DNA from: a virus
UHGV virus genome: UHGV-0131805
Length of the DNA: 16,585 nucleotides
Reading direction: 5' to 3' (one strand)
Under the pieces are notes generated by a model. That model saw only the letters and a program-made list of their open reading frames with translations. It did no database searches and was not told the origin of the DNA. Positions 1 to 8,378 of this stretch are shown piece by piece. The number at the start of each line of letters is the position of its first letter. Position 1 is the first letter of the stretch. The translations under genes and the position numbers were made by a program.

Positions 1-49
1 CTGCCTCCGGGTGGATCATGTATGCGGGTTCGACCCCCGCCACTGACCG

Positions 50-1381
50 TTAATCAATTTGTCCTTCCAGCACCTCAAGCATTCCGCCCCGGATATCCGA
101 TTTCAGCTTATCCATATTGATAACCCGGTAAGCATTCACAATCACATCCAGTTTGTCGGGCTGACGTTTCAGACTGTACGGTGCATTAACGGCAATCTGC
201 ACACTGCCATCCTGATTTTCCACGATATACATCAGATTGTTGTGCCGTTTGTCCCACAGTACCGCTTTTGGCCTTGCCAGCATTGCCGGTAAGCGCCCGA
301 AGTCCTCTGGCATCAGGGCGATGCCGTCATTCTGATGTTTCACACTGTCCGCATGGAGCACATTTTTACCGCTCATCGCCAGCAGGCGGGCCGGTGGTGT
401 TCCCGTCCGGCTTTCCACCGCCTGCGCAATACTTTCGGTCATAAAGCCCAGCGTGCGGATATCGTTACCACCGCGCCGGGTTTTCATGATGTTTTTTGCC
501 CAGATGCGGAACGCCAGCTGCCGCTCCGGGCTGTTGTTCATCTCCTGAACAACCATTTCCCGTAACTCCGGGCTTTTCACCTCGATCAGTTTGCGGATCA
601 GCGCCTGGTCTGTGCCGAACGCTGCTGAGCCGGGGTTATATGACCAGCCCACATCCGGTGTCATGGTTCTGGTGCCATCTGAATATGTGGTCACCGGCAT
701 TTCTCTGACTTCTCCGGTCTGCTTATCCACGCCAGCCTCAACATTGCGGGTGGAGAGATGATCCTGACCGGATGAAACGGATAACCCCATAGCATCCAGA
801 CGGGCCTGAGACAATGGCCGGACACGGCAGCGGCAGTTCCAGCCATTGGGCGGGTAGTGTGTTTTCCAGAACGGATCGTCATAGCGGAATACCAGCCCGT
901 TAAGGGCGGAATGCGACGGACGGGTACGGCTGTCCATGACTGCCACATACTGCCAGAACGGATGCGTGTCCGTGTTGTTCATCATCTGCGTGTAACGCCC
1001 GGCATTGTAAGCCACACGGGTGTTCACGTTGTAAATCAGCGCCAGACGGCGGGGACTGCCCAGTTGCACTTCTTCCGCGTTCCCTGCACTGTCCACCACA
1101 ATCTGCTTTCCCCACCATCCCAGCTTTTGCAGGCGGGGTGTCAGCGTGCGGATAAATTCTTTCTGTGAAATCCCTTCATCAATGGCCCGCTGCACTTCGG
1201 CCTGTAGTGTGGTCACCACATCCAGCCGTGCCGTTTTTGCTGCCGTGAATGAGCGGGCGTGCACATCCGCAGCTGTTTCGAACCAGTTCCAGCTGATATG
1301 CGCCCCTTTGACGCGGAAGTATGCCACCGCCTCTTTTGAGGGAAGCGTGGCGGCATAACCTAAATCAATCCCCTGTGCCAT
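50..1381 (-). CDS. Mu F-like virion/head morphogenesis protein (gp30 family)
   Basis: 443-aa ORF immediately downstream of the portal gene, overlapping it by 17 nt. Size and position match Mu F; assignment is from synteny and recollection of the family, not a computed alignment. Confidence 0.7.
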   Translation of the reverse strand: MAQGIDLGYAATLPSKEAVAYFRVKGAHISWNWFETAADVHARSFTAAKTARLDVVTTLQAEVQRAIDEGISQKEFIRTLTPRLQKLGWWGKQIVVDSAGNAEEVQLGSPRRLALIYNVNTRVAYNAGRYTQMMNNTDTHPFWQYVAVMDSRTRPSHSALNGLVFRYDDPFWKTHYPPNGWNCRCRVRPLSQARLDAMGLSVSSGQDHLSTRNVEAGVDKQTGEVREMPVTTYSDGTRTMTPDVGWSYNPGSAAFGTDQALIRKLIEVKSPELREMVVQEMNNSPERQLAFRIWAKNIMKTRRGGNDIRTLGFMTESIAQAVESRTGTPPARLLAMSGKNVLHADSVKHQNDGIALMPEDFGRLPAMLARPKAVLWDKRHNNLMYIVENQDGSVQIAVNAPYSLKRQPDKLDVIVNAYRVINMDKLKSDIRGGMLEVLEGQID

Positions 1382-2963
1382 CCAGCATCCCCTTCATTTC
1401 CGCAGCAAACATGGCATCACTGAGCAGCGTCATCAGGCGGGAATCATCCATTTCACGGTAAAGGGCAGGCAGGTCTGCCAGCGCATCCGCCAGCCCCCGC
1501 GTTCTGATGGCATCAATGACCGGCTCCAGTACCGGGTCGATGGCCTCCTGTAACCGGCGGGCAGGCACCGCGTCCCCCATGTCGTCCAGTTCATCACGCG
1601 GCGTGCTTTTCGCTTCCGGCAGTCGGGCTGACAGCGCCGTCTGTTCTGTCTTTTCCTGTTTTTCCGGTGACATCTCTTTGTCTGTCTGAGCAGGTTCATT
1701 GCCACTCTGACGGACACGGAAGATGGCTTCACTAGGGGCAGGCTGCGGAATACCGGTCTGCTCCCGTACCCAGGGATCAGGAATATCCATCCCCGTACTG
1801 AGCTGCATCACCGCACTGGTGATTTTGGTGATATCACCCGGCTCTTTTGTCTGGAAACAGATACGCGGCAGGCGACGGATATCAATGGCGTGGGCGGTGT
1901 TCAGGGCATACAGCGGATACACCAGATCGCGGTTCAGGGTTGCAGCCAGCTGACGTAAATCAGAATCCCTTATTTCCCGGCGCACCTCGTTATGCACTTC
2001 ACCCAGCGAGCGCGCGCCCTTGTCTCCTGCTTCCGTGGTCAGCGTGCCGCCGAGTATTGCTTTGGAGATGGAACGCTCTCCCCACGAAATCATGGTTTCA
2101 AACGGATCGGCCTGACCGTTCGCTGCCGCCTGAAACTCCAGCGACATCCCGGCCGGGATGATCCCGCCTGTACGTCGCCCGATATCCATTACCGCCCGCA
2201 TCAGGGCGCTTTTCTGCTCCGGTGTTGCCCCGGACGGGTATTTCCCGACCTTCATCGGCAGGCCGTACACCTCCAGAAATTCCGCCAGATCGCGCACGGA
2301 ATAATTTTTGAAGATGAACGGCCAGATAAGCGTTCTGACAAGCCCCGTCGCGCCACTGTAACCGGTGCGTGATCGTGACTGATGCACTATCCAGCCAAAG
2401 GGCTGAAACGCCACCCCGGCATGGCTGCCGTCACGCAGCCGCAGTTCGCTCAAATCATCCGGGTTAAGGCAGAAATGCCCGCTGTCACGCCAGCGGATGG
2501 CGCGGATGATGTGCATTTTACCGAGCATCCCGTGCTCAATCTCCATGCAGGAATAGCCCTTCAGGATGGCATCGGTGGCATCAAACAGCATGGCATCAAA
2601 CCAGTCGGCGGAATGAAGGTATTCGTCGAGCATTTCCGCGTCCTTTTTCTCATTCGCGCTGGCATTCGGTGGCGGTTCAATACTCCATGGCACGCCCTGA
2701 ATGGCAAGACGTCGCTTGCCCAGCTCCGCAAAAAGGTGGGTGTCCTTTTCTTCAATGTCAGCTGCCAGATCGGACTGGGCAATCAGATCGCCACGCTCCG
2801 CCCCGCGAAGGCACTGCGCCGCCCGGTTCGGGGTGATACCCGAGGCCGGATGTTCAATATAACGGCTGGCAATCTGCGGAATATCCAGCACGGCACTCTG
2901 CATCTCCGGGTCAAAGGAGAAAGGTTTTCCGTCAAGATCAATAATGCGTCCCACTACCAGCAC
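1365..2963 (-). CDS. Portal protein (Mu gp29/H-like, DUF935 family)
   Basis: 532-aa ORF directly downstream of the large terminase gene with a 10-nt overlap; size and position typical of Mu-like portal. Family assignment from memory. Confidence 0.75.
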   Translation of the reverse strand: MLVVGRIIDLDGKPFSFDPEMQSAVLDIPQIASRYIEHPASGITPNRAAQCLRGAERGDLIAQSDLAADIEEKDTHLFAELGKRRLAIQGVPWSIEPPPNASANEKKDAEMLDEYLHSADWFDAMLFDATDAILKGYSCMEIEHGMLGKMHIIRAIRWRDSGHFCLNPDDLSELRLRDGSHAGVAFQPFGWIVHQSRSRTGYSGATGLVRTLIWPFIFKNYSVRDLAEFLEVYGLPMKVGKYPSGATPEQKSALMRAVMDIGRRTGGIIPAGMSLEFQAAANGQADPFETMISWGERSISKAILGGTLTTEAGDKGARSLGEVHNEVRREIRDSDLRQLAATLNRDLVYPLYALNTAHAIDIRRLPRICFQTKEPGDITKITSAVMQLSTGMDIPDPWVREQTGIPQPAPSEAIFRVRQSGNEPAQTDKEMSPEKQEKTEQTALSARLPEAKSTPRDELDDMGDAVPARRLQEAIDPVLEPVIDAIRTRGLADALADLPALYREMDDSRLMTLLSDAMFAAEMKGMLDGTGD

Positions 2964-4633
2964 CCCCGATCAAATTCATGATATGCCTCATCGTCATCAC
3001 GATAACCGCCCTCCATTGCCCGCGACCGCTCCGGCAGCGCCTGACAGGCTGATTCCTCCAGGATGAAGCCCTCCATGTATGAGGCCCGGTTTGCCATACA
3101 GAGCGCCACGGCAAAATCGCCATGACGGCGGGCGTTCACAGCCGTTGCGTTCTGGTCCTTCGTGCGCCCCTTGTCGATTTGCGGGACACCGTTCACCACT
3201 TTCACATGACGCAAATCATCAAGCGTGGTCTGATGGCGGGCGACGAGGATATTCTGATCCTCAAATTCGGCTTTCAGTTTTGGCATCCACTCGCCGTACC
3301 ACTTCGGCGACAGCATCACGCAGTCGATGATGTCCGGGCCAAAGGCCAGCAGCGCGGCTTCGGCCAGATACCCGCCATTACCGGTGGCGTCGAACGCCGC
3401 CCCGACCAGCGCCGGAACGCGGGTCAGGATGTACATCATCACCTGCTCCTGCTGGGCATACGGCAGGTTACGCAGCTCCACGCGAAACACCTCGCGTTTT
3501 GCCAGGGATTCGGTGATTTCCAGCAGCACAAAGCAGGACAGGTCACCGGTGCGGGCAAAGTCTTCCCCGAAGCTGAAGCGGGAACGGGGATTTAACGCCT
3601 CTGAAAGCGGTTTTAAATGTTCTTCACACCAGGTTAAAACTTCCGATTCACGCAGCCATGCGGCACGGCTGATGAAGTCGTCCGGGGCTTCAAACGTCAG
3701 AATCGGGATGTCGCGGATCATCGCCATTTCAATGAGCGCGTGGGGAATATAGGCACCGCCGGATTTTTTCGGGATACAGCCGTATTCCTCGTCGGCATCC
3801 TCACGGGTCGGGGCGTTTTTGTAGAGATCATCACGCCATTTCTGCTCGCTTTCCGGCGACCATTCGCACCCGGTGACATAACAGATACGACGGTATAATC
3901 CGTCCGCAATGGCATCATCCAGGGTAATGCGGTGGACGCTGTAATCCTTGCGCCCCTCGCGGGCTTCCTGAATGTACTGATTAAACAGATTATCGACGCC
4001 ATTATGCGTGGAAATAATGCGCACGCGCGCGCCCCACATGGTGAGCGCCATTGCCGCCTTGAGAAGTTCATCCAGCGACTCGTGGAACGCGGCTTCATCA
4101 ATCACCACATCCCCCTGAAGGCCGCGCAGGTTTGACGGACGGGAAGACAGTGCCTGAATTTTGAATCCGCTGTTCGGGAAGCGGATCATGTAGGTCAGAA
4201 TTTCTTCTTTTTTATTCCGATCCCAGAAGGTCTGCTCATACACATCAGCATCTGCCAGCTGGTTAAAGGCCCGGGAGAACAGTGCGCAGGCAGAAATATA
4301 TTCCAGCGCCATCTCCTGCTTTGACCCCACATAAAACACATTACGGCCACCACGACGCTTCGGTTTTGCGGCGGTAATGACGTTACGCCCGGCTTCCGCC
4401 CAGGTAAGCCCGGTGCGTCGGGATTTCTCCGCGATGCAGACCTGACTTTCATCCGCAAACCAGCGGGCCTGATAATCCAGAAACACCGGCATATCACCGG
4501 GCAAATCAAGGCTGTCCGGCACATCCACGCCCAGCAGGGCTTTTTCACCGGACAGATCAATTTTGCGGGGAGGTGAAAGTTTTATCAGCCCCGTATCTGG
4601 TTTAACTTTTTCTTCGCCGGTTCTTTTACTCAT
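2954..4633 (-). CDS. Terminase large subunit (Mu gp28-like)
   Basis: 559-aa ORF following the small-subunit gene; size and synteny of Mu-like TerL. No canonical Walker A was picked out by eye, so the call rests on synteny. Confidence 0.75.
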   Translation of the reverse strand: MSKRTGEEKVKPDTGLIKLSPPRKIDLSGEKALLGVDVPDSLDLPGDMPVFLDYQARWFADESQVCIAEKSRRTGLTWAEAGRNVITAAKPKRRGGRNVFYVGSKQEMALEYISACALFSRAFNQLADADVYEQTFWDRNKKEEILTYMIRFPNSGFKIQALSSRPSNLRGLQGDVVIDEAAFHESLDELLKAAMALTMWGARVRIISTHNGVDNLFNQYIQEAREGRKDYSVHRITLDDAIADGLYRRICYVTGCEWSPESEQKWRDDLYKNAPTREDADEEYGCIPKKSGGAYIPHALIEMAMIRDIPILTFEAPDDFISRAAWLRESEVLTWCEEHLKPLSEALNPRSRFSFGEDFARTGDLSCFVLLEITESLAKREVFRVELRNLPYAQQEQVMMYILTRVPALVGAAFDATGNGGYLAEAALLAFGPDIIDCVMLSPKWYGEWMPKLKAEFEDQNILVARHQTTLDDLRHVKVVNGVPQIDKGRTKDQNATAVNARRHGDFAVALCMANRASYMEGFILEESACQALPERSRAMEGGYRDDDEAYHEFDRGCW

Positions 4634-4665
4634 AACTAAACCTGTCTGTTGCCATGATTCACCTC

Positions 4666-5250
4666 CTACGCCTTACCCAGCAGCATCTGCCTGATACGGA
4701 ATTCGATCTGCTCGCTCATCCCGTCCACGCCGCGCAGCTCGTCGGTGACCGCGTTTGCCATCTCTTCAGCAAATGCGGCCCGGATTTCTTTTTCACGCTT
4801 AATGCTGCGCTCGGCGGCACTTTCCGCACGCTGCGCCGACAGGAGAATGTCCTTGATGAGGCGCATATCCACTTTGCTGTCGTCGTTCAGGGATTCGGTC
4901 GCGGCACGCAGGCGGCGGTACATCAGGGCGCGGGACATTTCCAGAATCAGCGCCGTGGTTTCACCTGTCGGCTTGTCCCCCAGTTCGGCCATCATGGCTT
5001 TTGTCTGCTCGCGCAAATCACGCAGATTGCGGGCAATCAGCTCGTTACGGGAGGCTTCCCGGCTGATGGCTGCCGGTGAAAGCTGCTGCTCATCCGGCAG
5101 GCCCGCCTCACGGATCAGGCGGTTGATTTCCTCGCGGATCTGGACCTGCGTCAGACGTTTTTCACGCAGCATTTCCAGCAGCGGCTTACGGATACTGTCC
5201 GGGAGCAAATCCACCTTGCGCACGCGGCCACGTGTCGGCTTGTCCATCAT
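4666..5250 (-). CDS. Terminase small subunit (Mu gp27-like, DUF3486-type)
   Basis: 194-aa basic, predicted helical protein immediately upstream of TerL; start overlaps the stop of the upstream gene. Synteny-based. Confidence 0.6.
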   Translation of the reverse strand: MMDKPTRGRVRKVDLLPDSIRKPLLEMLREKRLTQVQIREEINRLIREAGLPDEQQLSPAAISREASRNELIARNLRDLREQTKAMMAELGDKPTGETTALILEMSRALMYRRLRAATESLNDDSKVDMRLIKDILLSAQRAESAAERSIKREKEIRAAFAEEMANAVTDELRGVDGMSEQIEFRIRQMLLGKA

Positions 5251-5540
5251 TACCCCCTTGCGCGTGGCTTCTTCACACCCGGAACGGTGGCACGGCCTTC
5301 CGCCACATCCTGGCCCCGACCGGTCAGCTCGGCGATGAAATAACCGTTAATGAGCGTGCGCTTGCGCACCAGTCCCTGTTCGGCAAGCCAGGCTATGTGG
5401 GTATGCACGATGTCGCGGGATACGCGGTGTCCGTAATCATCCAGGCAGTCCTGGAGCACGGACTCGCCCAGTTCGCCGTTGTAATCCGCCAGCGACCGCA
5501 GAATGACAAGACGCTGATCTTCAGTAATGAAATCACTCAT
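5250..5540 (-). CDS. Hypothetical small protein (position equivalent to Mu gp26); possible winged-helix fold
   Basis: 96-aa ORF, ATGA start/stop overlap with the upstream gene and 1-nt overlap with the TerS start. No motif recognised. Confidence 0.5.
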   Translation of the reverse strand: MSDFITEDQRLVILRSLADYNGELGESVLQDCLDDYGHRVSRDIVHTHIAWLAEQGLVRKRTLINGYFIAELTGRGQDVAEGRATVPGVKKPRARG

Positions 5541-5845
5541 TGTGTTTTTTTCCTTACAGCCTGCTCCAGCAGCAGTTCGTTCTGGTGGGAGACGGATTTC
5601 AGGGTGGCATTGGTGGCCTTAAGCTCACCGCGCAGGGTGGTGATTTCGATATTGAGTCTGTTCACCTCCTGCTGCGTGGGCAGGCCGGAAATCCGGCTCT
5701 CCACCCGCTCAACCCGGTCGGAGAGTTTTTCAAAGGCCTCGCGGGGGACAAAGGTTTTGCGCATCAGCGCCATGAAGATCCCCCCGGCTGTGGCCGTTGC
5801 CGACAGGATCGGCACGACATAATCTTTAACGATGCTGACCCACAT
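5537..5845 (-). CDS. gp25-like small membrane/coiled-coil protein (DUF2730-like); candidate SAR-endolysin releasin by analogy to Mu gp25
   Basis: 102 aa with an N-terminal hydrophobic segment (VPILSATATAGGIFMALM) followed by a charged helical region. Sits between the lysis cassette and the terminase genes as in Mu. Confidence 0.5.
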   Translation of the reverse strand: MWVSIVKDYVVPILSATATAGGIFMALMRKTFVPREAFEKLSDRVERVESRISGLPTQQEVNRLNIEITTLRGELKATNATLKSVSHQNELLLEQAVRKKTQ

Positions 5846-6053
5846 GACCGGCCTCCATGATGTTCTGGCAGTTCACACAACGGATGGCATCCGGCACGGC
5901 AACCAGACGGGCAGCCGGAATATCCCCCCCGCAGTCCACGCATACACGCCTGCCCGGTGTCTCCGCCACCCGGCGCTTACGTGTCAGCCGGTCACAAAGG
6001 GCACGTTCTGTTGCCCGCTCCATGACTGCCTGAGCACAATCTGAATCATCCAT
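5826..6053 (-). CDS. TraR/DksA-family C4 zinc-finger protein
   Basis: Translation contains CVDC-(17 aa)-CVNC, i.e. C-x2-C-x17-C-x2-C, the DksA/TraR zinc-finger spacing. Start moved from the ORF-track position (6119) to the ATG at 6053 (MDDSDCAQ...), preceded by AAGGA. Confidence 0.65.
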   Translation of the reverse strand: MDDSDCAQAVMERATERALCDRLTRKRRVAETPGRRVCVDCGGDIPAARLVAVPDAIRCVNCQNIMEAGHVGQHR

Positions 6054-6063
6054 ACCTTTTTCC

Positions 6064-6435
6064 TTACTTCGTCTTTCCTGCCGGAACAGCAGACGTTCCG
6101 GCCATATCAGTAAATTCATGCTGTCGCTGTGCCTCCAGACGGCGGATGCTGGCCTTGTCCACGTTGCAGTTCTTAATCACTGCCAGCAGTTGCAGGTTGT
6201 AAGTGACCGATGCACCAAACGTGAACGGCTCCGGCACAGGGGGGACCAGGCAGTCAGCCAGCCATTCAGCGGAGATCGGCACCGGCTTCACCGGCACGTA
6301 TTTCACAGACGGCCCGCCGCACCCGGTCAGCCACATCATCAGGCACAGGCACAGCGGCCGCAGGCACCGTTGCCAGCGACCGGCGGACAATGCTCTGCTG
6401 TTCCTCGCTGTGCTGCATGTTCTGCTGTTTTTCAT
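6064..6435 (-). CDS. o-spanin (Rz1-like outer-membrane lipoprotein), overlapping the i-spanin in another frame; start uncertain
   Basis: Lipobox L-T-G-C preceded by hydrophobic CLRPLCLCLMMW and followed by a proline-rich mature region (CGGPSVKYVPVKPVPIS...PPVPEP). Overlaps the 3' part of the i-spanin and extends past it. Start could be ATG at 6435 or an in-frame TTG nearer the lipobox. Confidence 0.55.
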   Translation of the reverse strand: MKNSRTCSTARNSRALSAGRWQRCLRPLCLCLMMWLTGCGGPSVKYVPVKPVPISAEWLADCLVPPVPEPFTFGASVTYNLQLLAVIKNCNVDKASIRRLEAQRQHEFTDMAGTSAVPAGKTK

Positions 6436-6616
6436 TCGTGGCCGCCTTACTGATTTGTGAAATGAGTTGCAGGGTGCGTTGCTGATTTGCCAGCACCAGA
6501 CGGGCTTCATCCCGTTCACGCACAAGCACTTGGTTATTGTCTTCAAGGCGCTGTGCCTTCTGGTGCATTCCCCATACCACGGCAGCCAGCACGGCCATCA
6601 CCCCCAGCGCCGCCAT
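6266..6616 (-). CDS. i-spanin (Rz-like inner-membrane spanin); start uncertain
   Basis: N-terminal TM segment (MAALGVMAVLAAVVWG) followed by a long charged, Q/E/R-rich helical region. GGAGG lies 4 nt upstream of the ATG at 6616; an in-frame GTG at about 6655 is an alternative start. The ORF-track N-terminal extension overlaps the endolysin gene and is rejected. Confidence 0.55.
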   Translation of the reverse strand: MAALGVMAVLAAVVWGMHQKAQRLEDNNQVLVRERDEARLVLANQQRTLQLISQISKAATNEKQQNMQHSEEQQSIVRRSLATVPAAAVPVPDDVADRVRRAVCEIRAGEAGADLR

Positions 6617-6728
6617 ACAGCCTCCGGCAATCAGGGCCGGTAAGGGATTATTCACCGCAGCCACAGCACACCCCGCAGCACCACAACGAAACACAACAGC
6701 GCAATCATGAGCGGTCGCCAGTAACGGT

Positions 6729-7229
6729 TCAGACTTTCGGCAAATCGTAACGACATAACCATTCATCCGCCGAACGGCGGGCCTCAAGACCGGGGAGTTT
6801 CACCCCCTTCGAATAAATCCAGCGGATATACTGCTTACAGGACGCGGGCATCTGCCCGGCATTGATAAGGCGCAGGAGCGTGGAGTTGCGAAAGTTAGTT
6901 TCACCGGCCCAGAAAATCCAGGAGGCCAGCGCCACCGTCTGACCACGGGTAAGCGGCACCTGAACATGACGATCGATAGCCGCAAAGGCCCATTTCATGT
7001 CCTTTTCCAGCAGCTCAAGACATTCTTCATCGGTTTTTGTCATACCCGGTTTCACATCCGGCCCGGTATGGCCGTAACAGATGGTGAGGGTGCCGGTGGG
7101 ATCAGTGTACGTGGTGTTTTCTTTCCCTTCCCAGTAGCCGGTGTAGTGCGTGGCAATGGTGAACGTCCCGGCTCCGGCCAGAACAAGGGCAATCAGCTTT
7201 TTACGCAGTGGCGCGGGGAGTTTTGGCAT
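6729..7229 (-). CDS. SAR endolysin (phage lysozyme, T4-lysozyme-like catalytic triad)
   Basis: N-terminal basic stretch plus weakly hydrophobic Gly/Ala-rich segment (RKKLIALVLAGAGTFTIA) typical of signal-anchor-release domains. Then EGKENTTYTDPTGTLTICYGHTG, giving the E-x8-D-x5-T triad of lysozyme-family endolysins. Confidence 0.8.
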   Translation of the reverse strand: MPKLPAPLRKKLIALVLAGAGTFTIATHYTGYWEGKENTTYTDPTGTLTICYGHTGPDVKPGMTKTDEECLELLEKDMKWAFAAIDRHVQVPLTRGQTVALASWIFWAGETNFRNSTLLRLINAGQMPASCKQYIRWIYSKGVKLPGLEARRSADEWLCRYDLPKV

Positions 7230-7230
7230 T

Positions 7231-7268
7231 GTTACGCTGTCTCATGGTGTTCTCTGAGTCAGCGTAAC
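7231..7268 (-). promoter_or_regulatory. 14-bp inverted repeat (one central mismatch) with 10-nt spacer, ending 2 nt upstream of the endolysin start codon
   Basis: Plus strand GTTACGCTGTCTCA (7231-7244) and TGAGTCAGCGTAAC (7255-7268) are reverse complements except one position. In the minus-strand mRNA the 3' arm covers the region where the lys Shine-Dalgarno would sit. Confidence 0.4.
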
Positions 7269-7300
7269 CGTGGGGAAAAGAGGGCAGGATTTGCGGAATA

Positions 7301-7723
7301 TCAGAAAAGCCGGGGCTGCGTGCGCTCCTGATGCAGGCGACGCTGGTTGCGGATAACGGAGTAAATCTGCGTCTCTGACATCTGGTAGTGGCGGCGCAGG
7401 GTTTCAATTTTTTCGCCCTGGCTCCAGCGGGAAAAAATTTCATTATTGCGCAGCTCGGTGAAAAGGGACTCACCGACCGGGAGATAATAACCACGCCCGC
7501 CCATGTACCCGGCCTGAGCGGCCGCAACCTTACGGGCAAGCATACCCGCCTGAGCAGGTTCAATCCCCTGACGGTGCAGTTCAGCACTGATTACATCAAC
7601 CAGGTCACGCAGCGTGCCGGGCCAGTTCTTTTTCAGCTCATCATCAGGAATGTCATCCAGACGGTCAATCAGCGCGTGCAGCTGTTCGCTGTCACCAAAC
7701 ATGCTCATCTGTGTTTCAGCCAT
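7301..7723 (-). CDS. Mor/C-family phage transcriptional activator
   Basis: 140-aa protein immediately downstream of the GemA-like gene and upstream of lys, with a basic C-terminal region as in Mu Mor/C. Only one Mor/C-type gene is present, so Mor versus C cannot be distinguished. Confidence 0.6.
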   Translation of the reverse strand: MAETQMSMFGDSEQLHALIDRLDDIPDDELKKNWPGTLRDLVDVISAELHRQGIEPAQAGMLARKVAAAQAGYMGGRGYYLPVGESLFTELRNNEIFSRWSQGEKIETLRRHYQMSETQIYSVIRNQRRLHQERTQPRLF

Positions 7724-7754
7724 ACCCGCCTCCGGTCATCATTACACTGGGCAA

Positions 7755-7789
7755 GTTTAAAATAAAAATCCCGCGCTGTGGCGGGATTT
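7755..7789 (-). terminator. Rho-independent terminator-like hairpin on the minus strand between the GemA-like and Mor/C-like genes
   Basis: 9-bp stem AAATCCCGC / GCGGGATTT (7766-7774 and 7781-7789), 6-nt loop, followed on the minus strand by TTATTTTAAA. Confidence 0.5.
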
Positions 7790-7793
7790 GGGG

Positions 7794-8306
7794 TTAACGG
7801 GGGAATGATTTTTCATACAGCCTGCAAACACGCTCATAACTCATCACTGCACGCTCCGACATATCCAGGGCGGCCAGCATTTTGCGGCGGTGCCAGCGTT
7901 TGAGACGCTCCAGCACATCAGAGGCCAGCGCGGGGTGTTGCTCCAGCCACTGCCAGTTAGCCACACCTTCGCCGCCGTTCTGCGCGGCCGTCTGCGATTT
8001 CACCCAGCGGTTAAGGGCCGTTTCCCCGCCATCAGCGATAAATCCCTGCCGGTGCATCACTTTCCAGATGGCGCGAATTTTGGCGGTCACCGTACCCGGT
8101 TTTAAGGCCCGGTTAACCGGTTTCTGACGCACTTTAAAACCGCGTTTTTTGAAAACATCCAGCACGCGGGATAACTCATCCGGTGACATATCCCGGCAAC
8201 TGGTTTTGCCGGTGGCCGCCAGCAGCGCGGATGTATAGGTTTCATGGTCAAGCTGTAGATCGCGTTTTGCGACATGTATTAAGGTAATCAGGGAAGCGCG
8301 ATTCAT
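7794..8306 (-). CDS. GemA-like (Mu gp16 family) early regulatory protein
   Basis: 170 aa; N-terminal LITLIHVAKRDLQLDHETYTSALLAATGKTSCRDMSPDELSRVLDVFKKRGF resembles the GemA/DUF1018 pattern as I remember it. Lies directly upstream of the Mor/C-like gene as in Mu. GGAG 9-10 nt upstream of the ATG. Confidence 0.55.
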   Translation of the reverse strand: MNRASLITLIHVAKRDLQLDHETYTSALLAATGKTSCRDMSPDELSRVLDVFKKRGFKVRQKPVNRALKPGTVTAKIRAIWKVMHRQGFIADGGETALNRWVKSQTAAQNGGEGVANWQWLEQHPALASDVLERLKRWHRRKMLAALDMSERAVMSYERVCRLYEKSFPR

Positions 8307-8319
8307 TATCGTGGCTCCA

Positions 8320-8348
8320 TAAAAAATGGGCGGTGTTACCGCACCGCC
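8320..8348 (-). terminator. Hairpin plus U-run on the minus strand at the 3' side of the AT-rich island, immediately upstream of the GemA-like RBS; possible terminator or attenuator
   Basis: 7-bp GC-rich stem GGCGGTG / CACCGCC (8329-8335 and 8342-8348), 6-nt loop, then on the minus strand CATTTTTTAT. Confidence 0.4.
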
Positions 8349-8378
8349 ATATTAACACTTCAAACGAAAAGGAATGTT

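Noticed and set aside
6054-6119. 5' extension of ORF 5826..6119 (97 aa) beyond the MDDSDCAQ start
   Set aside because: The extension overlaps the o-spanin 3' end and lacks an RBS; the ATG at 6053 has AAGGA upstream and gives a typical TraR-size protein.
6652-6708. 18-codon hydrophobic mini-ORF (MIALLCFVVVLRGVLWLR) between lys and the i-spanin, considered as a holin or pinholin candidate
   Set aside because: Too short for a holin, no Shine-Dalgarno upstream, and in a GC-rich spacer where such frames arise by chance.
6617-6787. N-terminal 57 codons of the 173-aa ORF 6266..6787
   Set aside because: The extension overlaps the 3' end of the endolysin gene in another frame and has no RBS. The spanin-like TM segment starts at the internal ATG (6616), which has GGAGG upstream.
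7231-7268. Interpretation of the lys-proximal inverted repeat as a C-dependent late promoter element
   Set aside because: Its centre is only about 20 nt upstream of the lys start codon, so a promoter using it as an activator site would start transcription inside the coding region. It is retained as an RNA-structure or operator candidate instead.
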